This document shows positions 1 to 9,018 of a stretch of 64,000 bases of DNA, in pieces (the stretch's first letter is position 1; each line of letters begins with the position of its first letter). Below the pieces are notes generated by a model that was not told the origin of the DNA, ran no database searches, and saw only the letters and a list, made by a program, of their open reading frames with translations. The DNA is taken from positions 2,441-66,440 of the IMG/VR virus record IMGVR_UViG_3300025723_000033. One strand, 5' to 3'. The translations under genes and the position numbers were made by a program. Source of the DNA: a virus. Taxonomy: Duplodnaviria > Caudoviricetes.

Positions 1-2
1 AT

Positions 3-200
3 ACCCAGGCCCATCAACAGGGTGCCGTAGAAGAATCTCTCAAAAATCCACGCAACCATGACAAGTTACTGGATTTTGCCATAGAATTTTTCTCTGCCAA
101 AGGTCTATGTGTTCGCAAGCAAGACCGACAAGTCTGGTTTGACATTGATGAAAACAATCCCAAGTATTTTTGGCTTATATTAAAATGGAGTGAACAATGA
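3..200 (+). CDS. Partial hypothetical protein (C-terminal 65 aa; 5' end outside window)
   Basis: Open frame from base 3 (TQAHQQ...NPKYFWLILKWSEQ) ending in TGA 198-200, with ATGA overlap into the next gene; not in ORF track. Confidence 0.7.
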   Translation, partial: TQAHQQGAVEESLKNPRNHDKLLDFAIEFFSAKGLCVRKQDRQVWFDIDENNPKYFWLILKWSEQ

Positions 201-901
201 AGATTTATATCAGCAATTACAGGAATCATTGGGTCTCTCCGTACACCATCCTAAAAGCAGTGTGCTTCTGGGAACGAGATGATGATGTGTTTTACAACCT
301 TGAAGAAAAACCCAATGCACCCTATGAGAAATGGGTCAATCGTTTAGAATTCTTTTGCCGTGCATGGCAAAGATTTTTGGACTTTGTACACCCTAGAATA
401 CAATATATCAAGATTGATCACCACGACACCTGGAACATGGATAGTACCTTGGCTCACATTGTGTTGCCCATGCTGAAACAGTTGCGAAACACCAAACACG
501 GTAGCCCCATGGTTGACCTGGAAGATGTGCCTGAACACATGAGAACTGTGGATCATGAAGACTGGGAAAGCCAGCAGGCATTTGATTTTTATCATGCGCC
601 AGATCTACAAAAAATACAGTGTGATATTCATGACCGCTGGGCCTGGGTTTTGGACGAAATGATCTTTGCCTTTGAACACAAGTTAGATGACTCATGGGAA
701 GACGCTTTTCAAAGTGGAGATATTGATCATAAAACTGTGGCCAGTGCCTGGGATGAAAACGGCAAAGCCACAATGTATCAATGGGAAGATGGTCCCAATC
801 ATACCTTCCAAATAGACTGGGCAGGCCGTCAAGCAGTAGAAAACAGAATCGCCAACGGCTTTAGACTGTTTGGCAAATACTACTCAGGACTATGGGATTG
901 A
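197..901 (+). CDS. Hypothetical phage protein (234 aa)
   Basis: Long ORF coupled to neighbours by overlaps at both ends. Confidence 0.8.
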   Translation: MKIYISNYRNHWVSPYTILKAVCFWERDDDVFYNLEEKPNAPYEKWVNRLEFFCRAWQRFLDFVHPRIQYIKIDHHDTWNMDSTLAHIVLPMLKQLRNTKHGSPMVDLEDVPEHMRTVDHEDWESQQAFDFYHAPDLQKIQCDIHDRWAWVLDEMIFAFEHKLDDSWEDAFQSGDIDHKTVASAWDENGKATMYQWEDGPNHTFQIDWAGRQAVENRIANGFRLFGKYYSGLWD

Positions 902-1368
902 TGGACTCTAATTCTGCCCAGGGTCGCGACAGTTTTGATTCCAAAGTAGGTAATACTCTAGTAAGTTTTATCAATCGCAATGTCACACCTTATGCTACCG
1001 AATCGGGTGGTCCAAAGTTTGATTTGATTCCTGTTGAAAAACAAAAGGACATCATGATCAATCATGCCAGAATCTATGCCCAGCAAGAGTATGATCGTAT
1101 CATGGAACTGGTATCAGTATTGCAACGTCAAGCAGATGATATCAAGCGCAGACTGGACATCACTGACATGGTGTATGCTGCGGAATATCAGTTCCAGGTG
1201 GTTATGGGCAACTGTTATTGGTTGGCATTTGACACAAGAAAACAACAAATGATTTTAACTTCACACGGTCCCAATGGTTGGAGCTCAGGAACACCTGCCA
1301 ACTACGAATATATAACACAGGTAAAATACATGGGCGATCACACCTGGCAGGAACAAGCCAATGACTGA
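892..1368 (+). CDS. Hypothetical protein, resembles DUF2452 family
   Basis: PYATESGGPKFDLIPV...AEYQFQVVMGNCYWL pattern recalled from DUF2452 proteins; overlapped with neighbours. Confidence 0.5.
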   Translation: MGLMDSNSAQGRDSFDSKVGNTLVSFINRNVTPYATESGGPKFDLIPVEKQKDIMINHARIYAQQEYDRIMELVSVLQRQADDIKRRLDITDMVYAAEYQFQVVMGNCYWLAFDTRKQQMILTSHGPNGWSSGTPANYEYITQVKYMGDHTWQEQAND

Positions 1369-1633
1369 ACAACAAAGAAGTGCTCGGGTATTTGCCTCGC
1401 ACATAGAACAATTGCACATAGAACAATTTTTCAATAACAAAGAAACAAGTTATCAAAAAATTTCCGTAACAGAATATGAAGCATGGAAAAAACAGTTCTC
1501 ATGGGATGCCTTGCATGGCCTGCGATATGCTCAGAGTTTTTGTAATCATTTTGGAATAACAGACAACATACTCTACTACGACATGGATACTGTTCGAGCA
1601 GATAAGTACATAAAGGAACAGTATCTTGAGTAA
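1361..1633 (+). CDS. Hypothetical protein (90 aa)
   Basis: Coupled ORF in + strand operon. Confidence 0.7.
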   Translation: MTEQQRSARVFASHIEQLHIEQFFNNKETSYQKISVTEYEAWKKQFSWDALHGLRYAQSFCNHFGITDNILYYDMDTVRADKYIKEQYLE

Positions 1634-2060
1634 TCGTCTTTATTTTGCCTATGGCGCCAACATGAATCGTGCAGTCATGCGACGACGATGCCCTGCTTCA
1701 CGGCCTTTGGGCGTGATGATGTTGCAGAACTGGCAGTTGGAATTCTACACACATGCCACAGTCGTGCCTGCCACAGGAGCCCAATGTGCTGGCGTGTTAT
1801 GGAACTTGACCCCCAAATGCGAACAAGAATTGGATCACTTTGAAGGATTCCCGCACTACTATAGCAAACGCAACTTGACTCAAAATGGAAAGCAGTTTTT
1901 CATTTACGAAATGAACCCGCCCTTGGGAGGTTATCCTAGTGAACAATATGTGAATGATATTGGCCGTAGCTATGATCAATGGCGTCTGCCCCAAAAGTTA
2001 TTTGACGCGGCCATTGACCGCGTGTATGCCCGTTACGACACCGAATACCCCAAAACGTAA
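1626..2060 (+). CDS. Gamma-glutamylcyclotransferase (GGCT/AIG2-like) family protein
   Basis: N-terminal YFAYGANM motif; GVLW and LDHFEG with the catalytic Glu. Confidence 0.85.
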   Translation: MSNRLYFAYGANMNRAVMRRRCPASRPLGVMMLQNWQLEFYTHATVVPATGAQCAGVLWNLTPKCEQELDHFEGFPHYYSKRNLTQNGKQFFIYEMNPPLGGYPSEQYVNDIGRSYDQWRLPQKLFDAAIDRVYARYDTEYPKT

Positions 2061-2062
2061 AC

Positions 2063-2299
2063 ATGTTATTAGATCCCCCGATTGCTTGGCTTCGTGATGC
2101 AGTGAGTTTCAAACATGCCTGCGAAATTGCCAAACCTTTTGGCGAAATTGAATATATCTTGGCATGGTGCAAGGCCGGAATGGACGATGAATGGCGCTGG
2201 CAACTGGTAGAAACCAGTTCAGAACGCACTCCTGGCAGATACATCTTTTATTTTGATTCTGAACGGGATTACTTGGCATTTAGTATGCGTTGGCGCTAG
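2063..2299 (+). CDS. Small hypothetical protein
   Basis: 78 aa ORF ending FYFDSERDYLAFSMRWR; stop precedes a promoter. Confidence 0.7.
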   Translation: MLLDPPIAWLRDAVSFKHACEIAKPFGEIEYILAWCKAGMDDEWRWQLVETSSERTPGRYIFYFDSERDYLAFSMRWR

Positions 2300-2300
2300 G

Positions 2301-2329
2301 TTGACCTTTGACTGGATTTCTGTTACAAT
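2301..2329 (+). promoter_or_regulatory. Sigma70-like early promoter
   Basis: TTGACC-N17-TACAAT upstream of ORF 2359. Confidence 0.65.
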
Positions 2330-2358
2330 AACACTATTACTAACTTTTTGGAAATGTT

Positions 2359-2607
2359 ATGAGCTGTTTGGATCTAACTCGTCGCCCAACTGTGGTTTTC
2401 AATGCGGCCAATGTTGAACATAGAAAAGCCGTAGAGCAATTTCTTCGCACCGGCACATGGGGCGGCATTGATGTGAATTTCTTGCTGGAAACTCCCTATT
2501 ATGATTTGCCTGCCATGATCTCGGCCAAGCTGGCCAACTACTATCTCCAGCGTGAATTTAGTTCTAAAAAGGAATTACTACATGATACCAGGATCGAAAT
2601 GGTTTGA
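2359..2607 (+). CDS. Hypothetical protein (82 aa)
   Basis: ORF downstream of promoter. Confidence 0.7.
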   Translation: MSCLDLTRRPTVVFNAANVEHRKAVEQFLRTGTWGGIDVNFLLETPYYDLPAMISAKLANYYLQREFSSKKELLHDTRIEMV

Positions 2608-2743
2608 CCGTGACATGCGCACCTATGAAATTGTCAAGATTGACAGTGACTGGGTGTATTATCGCAGGCACTGTGATGGCGCAGAATTTTCTTGTCTCAG
2701 TGGTGCATTTTTACAACGTTTTTCTCTCACGGTGGCAAGATGA
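2582..2743 (+). CDS. Small hypothetical protein (53 aa)
   Basis: ATG 2582 (MIPGSKWFDRD...); TGA overlaps next ATG (ATGA). Confidence 0.55.
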   Translation: MIPGSKWFDRDMRTYEIVKIDSDWVYYRRHCDGAEFSCLSGAFLQRFSLTVAR

Positions 2744-3132
2744 CATCTTCAAGACCAATCTGTATCAATCATGGTTGTAACAGTCCAGTGATTCCTGCAA
2801 AAGGCAAAATAACTGATGCCAACCCACGTTGGAGGGTGCACTGCGGTGATTGTCAAAAAGCCAGCTATGGAGGCAAGGCCCACAAACCTGGAGTTACTCC
2901 TTATAAAACCGGCCGTTGTACCAACACAGATGGCCATTTGGGATTTTCATGCTTGATCAAATGGAGCAAGGTTCCTGCATGGGCCACCGGAATGACTGAA
3001 GTTGATCACCGAGACGGTAATCCCAACAACAATGATCATACCAATCTGGACGAATTATGTCCCATGTGTCACAAACTCAAAGGCCAGATGAATGGCGACT
3101 ACAATGGCAAGAGGAAAATACTTCATGGTTGA
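2740..3132 (+). CDS. HNH endonuclease with Cys/Zn motifs
   Basis: EVDHRDGNPNNNDHTNLDELCPMCH HNH motif plus CxxxxC and CxxC; start reassigned to ATG 2740. Confidence 0.85.
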   Translation: MTSSRPICINHGCNSPVIPAKGKITDANPRWRVHCGDCQKASYGGKAHKPGVTPYKTGRCTNTDGHLGFSCLIKWSKVPAWATGMTEVDHRDGNPNNNDHTNLDELCPMCHKLKGQMNGDYNGKRKILHG

Positions 3133-3694
3133 ATCTCTTCAAGAATCACTGCATAAATTTTGTGTTCCAGATTATGGCAAAACACAACGGTCTCCAGAAA
3201 CTTACTGGACCGTGGCCAGGTATTGCAGTGAGAACTTGGCCGAACTGGTCACCGATTATGCTCAAGCACAAGGTAATGCACAGATGTTGCGTGAAATCCG
3301 CAATGACATAGATTATTATCTGCGCAGATACCATGAATACTGTATTCAACAGCGAGATGGTATACAGGCACACTATCATGAAATTGATGCCGAAACTGAG
3401 TGTGATTTTGAGCATCTGATACCAGCCAGTCGTATTCGTGATCTCTTGTTGGCCAATGTGATCACAGTAGAACAGGCATTAAATGCTCCCACTGTGCGAC
3501 TCAGCCGCTCAAAGCATGTGGCACTGAGATCATCTGGGTGGGGTAGTCGTACCCCCAACATGTGGCAGCCTTTTCTTCGCTATACTGGTGTGTTTGACGC
3601 CCGTTATCAAACCTACGATGGTACTCCGATTGATCCTGTGACTTGGACACTGGAGGACCATTATCGTCACTTCCAACACCTGGCAATTGAATGA
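3125..3694 (+). CDS. Hypothetical protein with possible His-Me finger (HNH-like) motif
   Basis: DFEHLIP...LNAP...SKH; start at ATG 3125; ATGA-coupled to the methyltransferase. Confidence 0.55.
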   Translation: MVESLQESLHKFCVPDYGKTQRSPETYWTVARYCSENLAELVTDYAQAQGNAQMLREIRNDIDYYLRRYHEYCIQQRDGIQAHYHEIDAETECDFEHLIPASRIRDLLLANVITVEQALNAPTVRLSRSKHVALRSSGWGSRTPNMWQPFLRYTGVFDARYQTYDGTPIDPVTWTLEDHYRHFQHLAIE

Positions 3695-4839
3695 TACAAC
3701 ACTACTATGATCAAATTTGTCAAGAGTGGGGAGTAGTTCCTACTTCTGATGAATACACTGGATACGAATCAGTAGACGCTGATCTACGTGCATTGAGCAA
3801 ACAGGCCTGGTTGGCCGCAGACGATGCCGGACGAGAGGCAATACAAGAAGCAGCTTTTCAAATATATCGCGGTGTTGATGTTGTGCCCATCACTTATTAT
3901 AGTTTGGAAGGGTGTAGACAACAAATTCTAGCAGTAGCTGCGGCCCGTAAGTCTGTGAAAAACAATACCCTGGCCATTGGTGGTTCGGCAGGATCAGCAT
4001 TTGGTCGTTTTTGGTTCCCCAACATGCAGGATGCCAAGTGGAACGACAATGCAACTGTGAGCATTAGATCCAGATTTAATCACGACAACAAGCTGAAACG
4101 TGCTATCAAAATCTGTTACAAGTTCCGTGACAACGGTGATCTGGCTGTGCATCCCAAGAGTTTGAGAACTGCACTGGAATTGGTCAATGGCGGAACCATA
4201 CAGAATTTCAAGCCCATGAATGCCCGGGCTGTGTGGGAGTATATCTGTCCTGTGTTTCGTGGCCGTGTGTTGGATTTCAGTTCAGGCTACGGTGGACGTA
4301 TGCTGGGCGCACTGACCAGTAATCTGCGTTATCACTATTCAGGTATAGATCCCAACACTCGTACCTATCAAGGATTACAAGCATTAGGCGAACTGATTAC
4401 AGACTCAGGCCTCGGAGCAGGTTATGAAATGTACAATTGTGGCAGTGAAGACATGATGCCAGCCCCTAATTCCTTTGATGCAGCATTTTCGAGCCCGCCT
4501 TATTTTAACTTGGAAACCTACTGTGATGAGCCCACACAGTGTATGAATCGCTATAGGAATCTCGATGCCTGGTTTGAACAGTATGTGACCCCCACACTGC
4601 AAATGATATATCGTAGTTTGGAGTCTGATGGTGTGTATGCCGTAAACATAGCAGATTACAAAAATGGCAAAGACCAATTTGAAATAGTTGATCGGTGGAA
4701 ACTTCTTAGTGAACGTGTGGGATTTGAGTACCAAGAAACTGTGAACATGTTGTTGACCACTCGTCCTGGTGTGGGAAATAATCGAGTCCAATCGTCTACC
4801 AAGAGTGAAGGCATTTACATTTTTAGAAAAGCAAGATGA
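3691..4839 (+). CDS. DNA amino-methyltransferase (N4-C or N6-A)
   Basis: Motif I DFSSGYGG followed about 75 aa later by motif IV FSSPPYF. Confidence 0.85.
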   Translation: MIQHYYDQICQEWGVVPTSDEYTGYESVDADLRALSKQAWLAADDAGREAIQEAAFQIYRGVDVVPITYYSLEGCRQQILAVAAARKSVKNNTLAIGGSAGSAFGRFWFPNMQDAKWNDNATVSIRSRFNHDNKLKRAIKICYKFRDNGDLAVHPKSLRTALELVNGGTIQNFKPMNARAVWEYICPVFRGRVLDFSSGYGGRMLGALTSNLRYHYSGIDPNTRTYQGLQALGELITDSGLGAGYEMYNCGSEDMMPAPNSFDAAFSSPPYFNLETYCDEPTQCMNRYRNLDAWFEQYVTPTLQMIYRSLESDGVYAVNIADYKNGKDQFEIVDRWKLLSERVGFEYQETVNMLLTTRPGVGNNRVQSSTKSEGIYIFRKAR

Positions 4840-5207
4840 TATTAGTTGTTCCTGTGAGTGTGGGCGAGCTTGTGGACAAGATAACCATATTGCAAATCAA
4901 GCAACAACACATCACAGATAGTGATAAATTAAAAAATATCAACACTGAACTAAGCAAGTTGTTGAAAATCATTGACACTTTGGACACCAAGAACATTGAT
5001 AACTTGCAGCATCTACTGCTCAAAGTCAATCAAGAACTTTGGGATCTAGAAGAGTTCAAGCGCAGATGCGAGCAGAGTCAAACATTTGACAACGAATTTT
5101 TGTTTGCTGCTCGTCAAGTTTGCCTCAAAAATGATCTTCGTGCTGACATCAAACGCCAAATCAATTTTATTATGAACAGTGACATTATGGAAGAAAAAAG
5201 TTATTAA
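4836..5207 (+). CDS. DUF6165-like hypothetical protein
   Basis: VPVSVGELVDKITILQIK...ELWDLEE...NDLRADIKRQIN. Confidence 0.65.
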   Translation: MILVVPVSVGELVDKITILQIKQQHITDSDKLKNINTELSKLLKIIDTLDTKNIDNLQHLLLKVNQELWDLEEFKRRCEQSQTFDNEFLFAARQVCLKNDLRADIKRQINFIMNSDIMEEKSY

Positions 5208-5295
5208 TTAGTGCTTGTGTGTCAACTAACTGCCCAGGGCAGGCGTTGTATATGTACGTAGATAAAAAATTTACGTATAACACAAAGGATAAATC

Positions 5296-5478
5296 ATGAA
5301 AAATACCATAGTAATCTTAGCGTCAATGTTTGCATTGTCCGCCATGTCTGCCGATGCTCCCAAAACGGTCGAAGTCAAAAAAGTTGAAACCACTGCTCCT
5401 GCTGCTCCTCACAAAAATGACACAATGCCTGTCAAAAGTGAAAAGAAAGTCGAAGCTAAAGAGACCAAGACCAAGTAA
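5296..5478 (+). CDS. Small secreted Lys/Ala/Pro-rich protein
   Basis: RBS AAAGGA; signal-peptide-like N-terminus MKNTIVILASMFALSAMSA. Confidence 0.7.
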   Translation: MKNTIVILASMFALSAMSADAPKTVEVKKVETTAPAAPHKNDTMPVKSEKKVEAKETKTK

Positions 5479-5634
5479 TCCAAATAGCATTGTAATTGAC
5501 GACTCTGTAACGCTGGGACGTAATCGTCGAAGTTGCAGGTTTGGAAAGATAGTACATGAAGCAGAAAAAGATGTTTCTGTGCATGTCAAAATAAGATTGC
5601 TGATAGCCAGGCTCAAAGCTCTGGAACTGGTTAG

Positions 5635-5666
5635 AAAAACCTAGGTATAAAAACCTAGGTTTTTTT
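5635..5666 (+). terminator. Rho-independent terminator
   Basis: AAAAACCTAGG-tataaaaa-CCTAGGTTTTT followed by further T. Confidence 0.75.
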
Positions 5667-5690
5667 ATTGTATTAAATAGTGCGAATTAT

Positions 5691-6629
5691 TTGAAAGAAC
5701 GCATGACAGATTTTTTGGATTTTGAAATTGATAATTGTGGGTTGGGCACTACTATCTCACTATTGAGTTTATTTTTCCACATTGGCAAGCCAGTGATACT
5801 GCGAGCACCAGAGAATTACAAAATATTACGAGAAGTCAAGACAGTATTTGATATTCCAGATGAAAAACTGACCATCATAAATCAAGAATCTATACCCAAC
5901 AGCATTACCAATAGAGCCCAGCATTGTGTGTCCGATTACTGTAAATTTTGGAGTCCTTATTTTGGTGTTGACAAACTTTGTTATACAGGACAACATGTTC
6001 AAACAGGAAAAAAACACAGGCCTTGCATTGGCCTTGTGACCAACAATGGATGGTGGGTGGACGAATTACCTTCCAACAGTGTGCCATTCAATAGGTACTA
6101 CAAAAAAGATTTTTGGTTGAAAATTTATGATCTCATCATGCAGGCAGGTTACGATGTAGTCGGTCTCAATAGCACTCTTCAGTCTCTTGAGCAAAAGGTC
6201 TACATGTTAAATGAACTATGTGACGCAGTCATTGGCTCAGAAGGAGGCATTTGCCATTTGGCTCATTTGCTAAATGTACCTAGTATAATCATGCCCTGGC
6301 ATCATCATGAAAGCGGAGCTGATCCACATGAAGATGGTAGTCTTTTTTATGTGCCACATAAAATGCATCTCGACCGTAGAACCTATTTTGTAAAATCTCA
6401 GGAAGAAATACTGCACTGGTCGCCGAAAGACCTGTGTCATCAAATTAACAAATTGAGATTACAACAAGGCAACAATGTTTATTTCAACAGTGATTACAGC
6501 ATTGGACAAGAACACGGAATACACGTCATAAAAAATTACACCGTGCCCGAAGCCACGCAGGCACAATTAACTGAGTGGGAAAATGAATTTATTCACACGC
6601 ATCTTGATAATTTCAATATAGGAGGTTGA
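5691..6629 (+). CDS. Glycosyltransferase family 9-like (heptosyltransferase-like) protein, paralog 1
   Basis: CDAVIGSEGGICHLAHLLNVPSII resembles the GT9 C-terminal signature; start TTG 5691 or ATG 5703. Confidence 0.55.
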   Translation: MKERMTDFLDFEIDNCGLGTTISLLSLFFHIGKPVILRAPENYKILREVKTVFDIPDEKLTIINQESIPNSITNRAQHCVSDYCKFWSPYFGVDKLCYTGQHVQTGKKHRPCIGLVTNNGWWVDELPSNSVPFNRYYKKDFWLKIYDLIMQAGYDVVGLNSTLQSLEQKVYMLNELCDAVIGSEGGICHLAHLLNVPSIIMPWHHHESGADPHEDGSLFYVPHKMHLDRRTYFVKSQEEILHWSPKDLCHQINKLRLQQGNNVYFNSDYSIGQEHGIHVIKNYTVPEATQAQLTEWENEFIHTHLDNFNIGG

Positions 6630-7531
6630 CCTCTATGCTGGAATATGAAATGTCCAGAGTAGGACTTGGAACTACAATATCAATACTGTCTATGTTGCTG
6701 CACTCTGACCAGCAGATTGTCCTACATGTTCCACCTGATTATTGCACTGTTAGAGATTTGAAAAAAATATTTAACATAGAAAATTTAACTATCATTGACA
6801 AAAAAATATTGAAAAATGATTTATGGCCACAATGCACTGATAAAAGCAAATTTTTCAGTCCCTATTTTTCAGTTGACAATTTGACCCTGTTTGGCCAGCC
6901 AAGACCTGTGGCGGTTGGTCGAAAACCTTGTATTGGCTTGGCCACATGGGATTTACAACATGAATCTGACACAAATGTTTTTCCCTACAATCGATTGTAT
7001 ACCAAAGAGTTTTGGGCCAGTGTTTTTCATCTAGTGCAAGCCACGGGCTATGATGTTGTAACATTCAATATGCTGGATGTTGACCTTGAACACAAGTGCT
7101 GGATGTTGAATGAGTTATGCGACTGTGTGATTGGTTACGAAGGTGGAATATGTCATCTTGCACATTTACTGGCTATTCCTTGTATCATAATGCCATGGCA
7201 TCATCACGAAGATGGCAGCGAACCGCATCCAGACGGTTCGCTATGGTATGTTCCCCATAAACTGCATCTTGATCGTCGCAGCTACTTTGTAAAATCTCAA
7301 CAGGAAGTACTGTTATGGTCACCAGAATCTCTGAAAAAGCTAATAGCACAGTTACATTTGGGCTGCAATAACAACATTTTTTTCAATGAGAATTTGATAA
7401 TTGACAAAGAAAAGTTGACCATCGTGTCCCACAATGGACAAGATCTAAATCCCAATCTGTCCAAGTTTGAAATTGCGTTTATAAAACAGCATATAAAAAA
7501 CATTGCAGTTGGTGGAGTAGTTCAGCAATAG
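6626..7531 (+). CDS. Glycosyltransferase family 9-like protein, paralog 2
   Basis: CDCVIGYEGGICHLAHLLAIPCII; clearly homologous to preceding ORF. Confidence 0.55.
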   Translation: MTSMLEYEMSRVGLGTTISILSMLLHSDQQIVLHVPPDYCTVRDLKKIFNIENLTIIDKKILKNDLWPQCTDKSKFFSPYFSVDNLTLFGQPRPVAVGRKPCIGLATWDLQHESDTNVFPYNRLYTKEFWASVFHLVQATGYDVVTFNMLDVDLEHKCWMLNELCDCVIGYEGGICHLAHLLAIPCIIMPWHHHEDGSEPHPDGSLWYVPHKLHLDRRSYFVKSQQEVLLWSPESLKKLIAQLHLGCNNNIFFNENLIIDKEKLTIVSHNGQDLNPNLSKFEIAFIKQHIKNIAVGGVVQQ

Positions 7532-7627
7532 ATTATGCCTATACATGTCATTAAAATAATTATTGATAAAATTAATTAATTTCATTGTATACCAAGATAA
7601 TTACTATAACATTTTGAAAGGAAAAAC

Positions 7628-8104
7628 ATGGCCAATAATAAGTCAATTACAATTACCAATTTGGAAAGTGCCTTTGCTGGAGAAAGTCAAGCGCATACCA
7701 AATATAGATACTTTGCCAAAATTGCTCGTGAAGAAGGACATGAAGATATTGCTCAGCACTTTGAACACACTGCGGATCAAGAACTCATGCATGCATGGGG
7801 ACATTTAGAACTCTTGATTGGCAAACCAAGCACTAGAGAATGTTTGGCAAAAGCCATCGAAGGTGAAACTTATGAGTTCACCGAAATGTATCCAGAATTT
7901 GAAAAATTTGCCCTGCGCGAAGGCCAATTAGATGCGGCCAACGAAGCCAAACATCAAATTGAAGAATCCAAAGAGCATGCTGAACAATTTGCTGCAATCT
8001 TGAAGAAAGCAGAAAAACGTTTTGCAGCCTTGACAAAAATTGAAAAGCGGCACGCAGAAGCATATCAACAAGTATTGGATTCAATAACTTTTCCAGTAAT
8101 TTAA
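7628..8104 (+). CDS. rbr: Rubrerythrin (short form without C-terminal rubredoxin domain)
   Basis: AFAGESQA...ELMHA and GETYE...ESKEHA diiron ExxH motifs. Confidence 0.9.
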   Translation: MANNKSITITNLESAFAGESQAHTKYRYFAKIAREEGHEDIAQHFEHTADQELMHAWGHLELLIGKPSTRECLAKAIEGETYEFTEMYPEFEKFALREGQLDAANEAKHQIEESKEHAEQFAAILKKAEKRFAALTKIEKRHAEAYQQVLDSITFPVI

Positions 8105-8114
8105 GGAGACTATA

Positions 8115-8255
8115 ATGGAAGAATTTTATGTATGCGTAGTTTGCGGACATGTGCACGAAGAAGAACTTGAAGGCAAATGGTCCGAATTGCCTGACGATTT
8201 TATCTGTCCAGAATGTGGCTGCGGCAAAGACGAGTATGAAATAGTGCTTGGCTAA
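8115..8255 (+). CDS. Rubredoxin (46 aa, missed by ORF track)
   Basis: RBS AAGGAG; MEEFYVCVVCGHVHEEELEGKWSELPDDFICPECGCGKDEYEIVLG, with CxxC, W..LPDDF and CPxCG. Confidence 0.92.
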   Translation: MEEFYVCVVCGHVHEEELEGKWSELPDDFICPECGCGKDEYEIVLG

Positions 8256-8271
8256 ATACTGCAACTAGGGG

Positions 8272-8529
8272 ATGTTGATGGATAATTTTTTGAGTCATGA
8301 CACTAGAATTGACGATGATACTGCTCTGAGACTATTGGAAAAAAAACTGCACTGGCTCATGATGCAATGTGCACAAAGTGGAATTATCACAGACAATGGT
8401 GGCGGGCAAATGACCTTTCCTGATGATCTCAATGCAAGTGATATTTTGTACGATTATGGCGACGTGCAAAGTAACATGTGTGACACCAATAAACAAACCG
8501 CGGGTGGCGGTGGCCGAGGACTTGGCTGA
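8272..8529 (+). CDS. Hypothetical protein (85 aa)
   Basis: ORF after TAAATA at 8253 and GGGGA RBS. Confidence 0.6.
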   Translation: MLMDNFLSHDTRIDDDTALRLLEKKLHWLMMQCAQSGIITDNGGGQMTFPDDLNASDILYDYGDVQSNMCDTNKQTAGGGGRGLG

Positions 8530-8550
8530 TTGTTGTAAAAAAACAACACT

Positions 8551-8579
8551 AAAAACCCTGTAAAATACAGGGTTTTTTT
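8551..8579 (+). terminator. Rho-independent terminator (bidirectional-looking)
   Basis: AAAAACCCTGTA-aaa-TACAGGGTTTTTTT. Confidence 0.8.
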
Positions 8580-8605
8580 GTGGCAAAAATACCACACGAT
8601 TTTGG

Positions 8606-8634
8606 TTGACCCAAAATAGCCCATTTGCTATAAT
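8606..8634 (+). promoter_or_regulatory. Sigma70-like early promoter
   Basis: TTGACC-N17-TATAAT; ATG only 6 nt downstream. Confidence 0.85.
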
Positions 8635-8640
8635 ACTAAC

Positions 8641-8955
8641 ATGAAGACAAGAAAACGCCGTCAAGATACCAAACATGCAGTTTATATGTTGGTGAATACC
8701 TGCACAAACGAGTCATACATTGGTATTACTGTCTGCGGTAGCCAAGTACGAAATGCTTTGAAAGTTCGTTTTCAGAAGCATGTTCGCCGTGCACTCACTG
8801 AAAATAAATCGTGGGCTTTGTGCAACAGCATTAGACAACACGGTGCAGAAGCTTTTGTAGTACTTTTAGTTGACATCGTGCGTGGCAGAAAGCCCGCACA
8901 TGCCATGGAGCGTGAGTTGATCAATAGTCAAAAACCCACACTCAACAGTCACTGA
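8641..8955 (+). CDS. Stand-alone GIY-YIG nuclease domain protein
   Basis: AVYMLVN...YIGIT, RFQKH and AMERELI motifs. Confidence 0.8.
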   Translation: MKTRKRRQDTKHAVYMLVNTCTNESYIGITVCGSQVRNALKVRFQKHVRRALTENKSWALCNSIRQHGAEAFVVLLVDIVRGRKPAHAMERELINSQKPTLNSH

Positions 8956-8959
8956 GCAC

Positions 8960-8988
8960 TTGACTCAAAATCCCAAATTGGTTATAAT
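8960..8988 (+). promoter_or_regulatory. Sigma70-like early promoter
   Basis: TTGACT-N17-TATAAT, RBS AAGGAG before ATG 9019. Confidence 0.85.
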
Positions 8989-9018
8989 AACAGCATATTA
9001 AACAAAAAGGAGCAGAAA

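Noticed and set aside
7563-7808. 81-aa ORF overlapping rubrerythrin
   Set aside because: Alternative frame over a well-supported gene, with no motif
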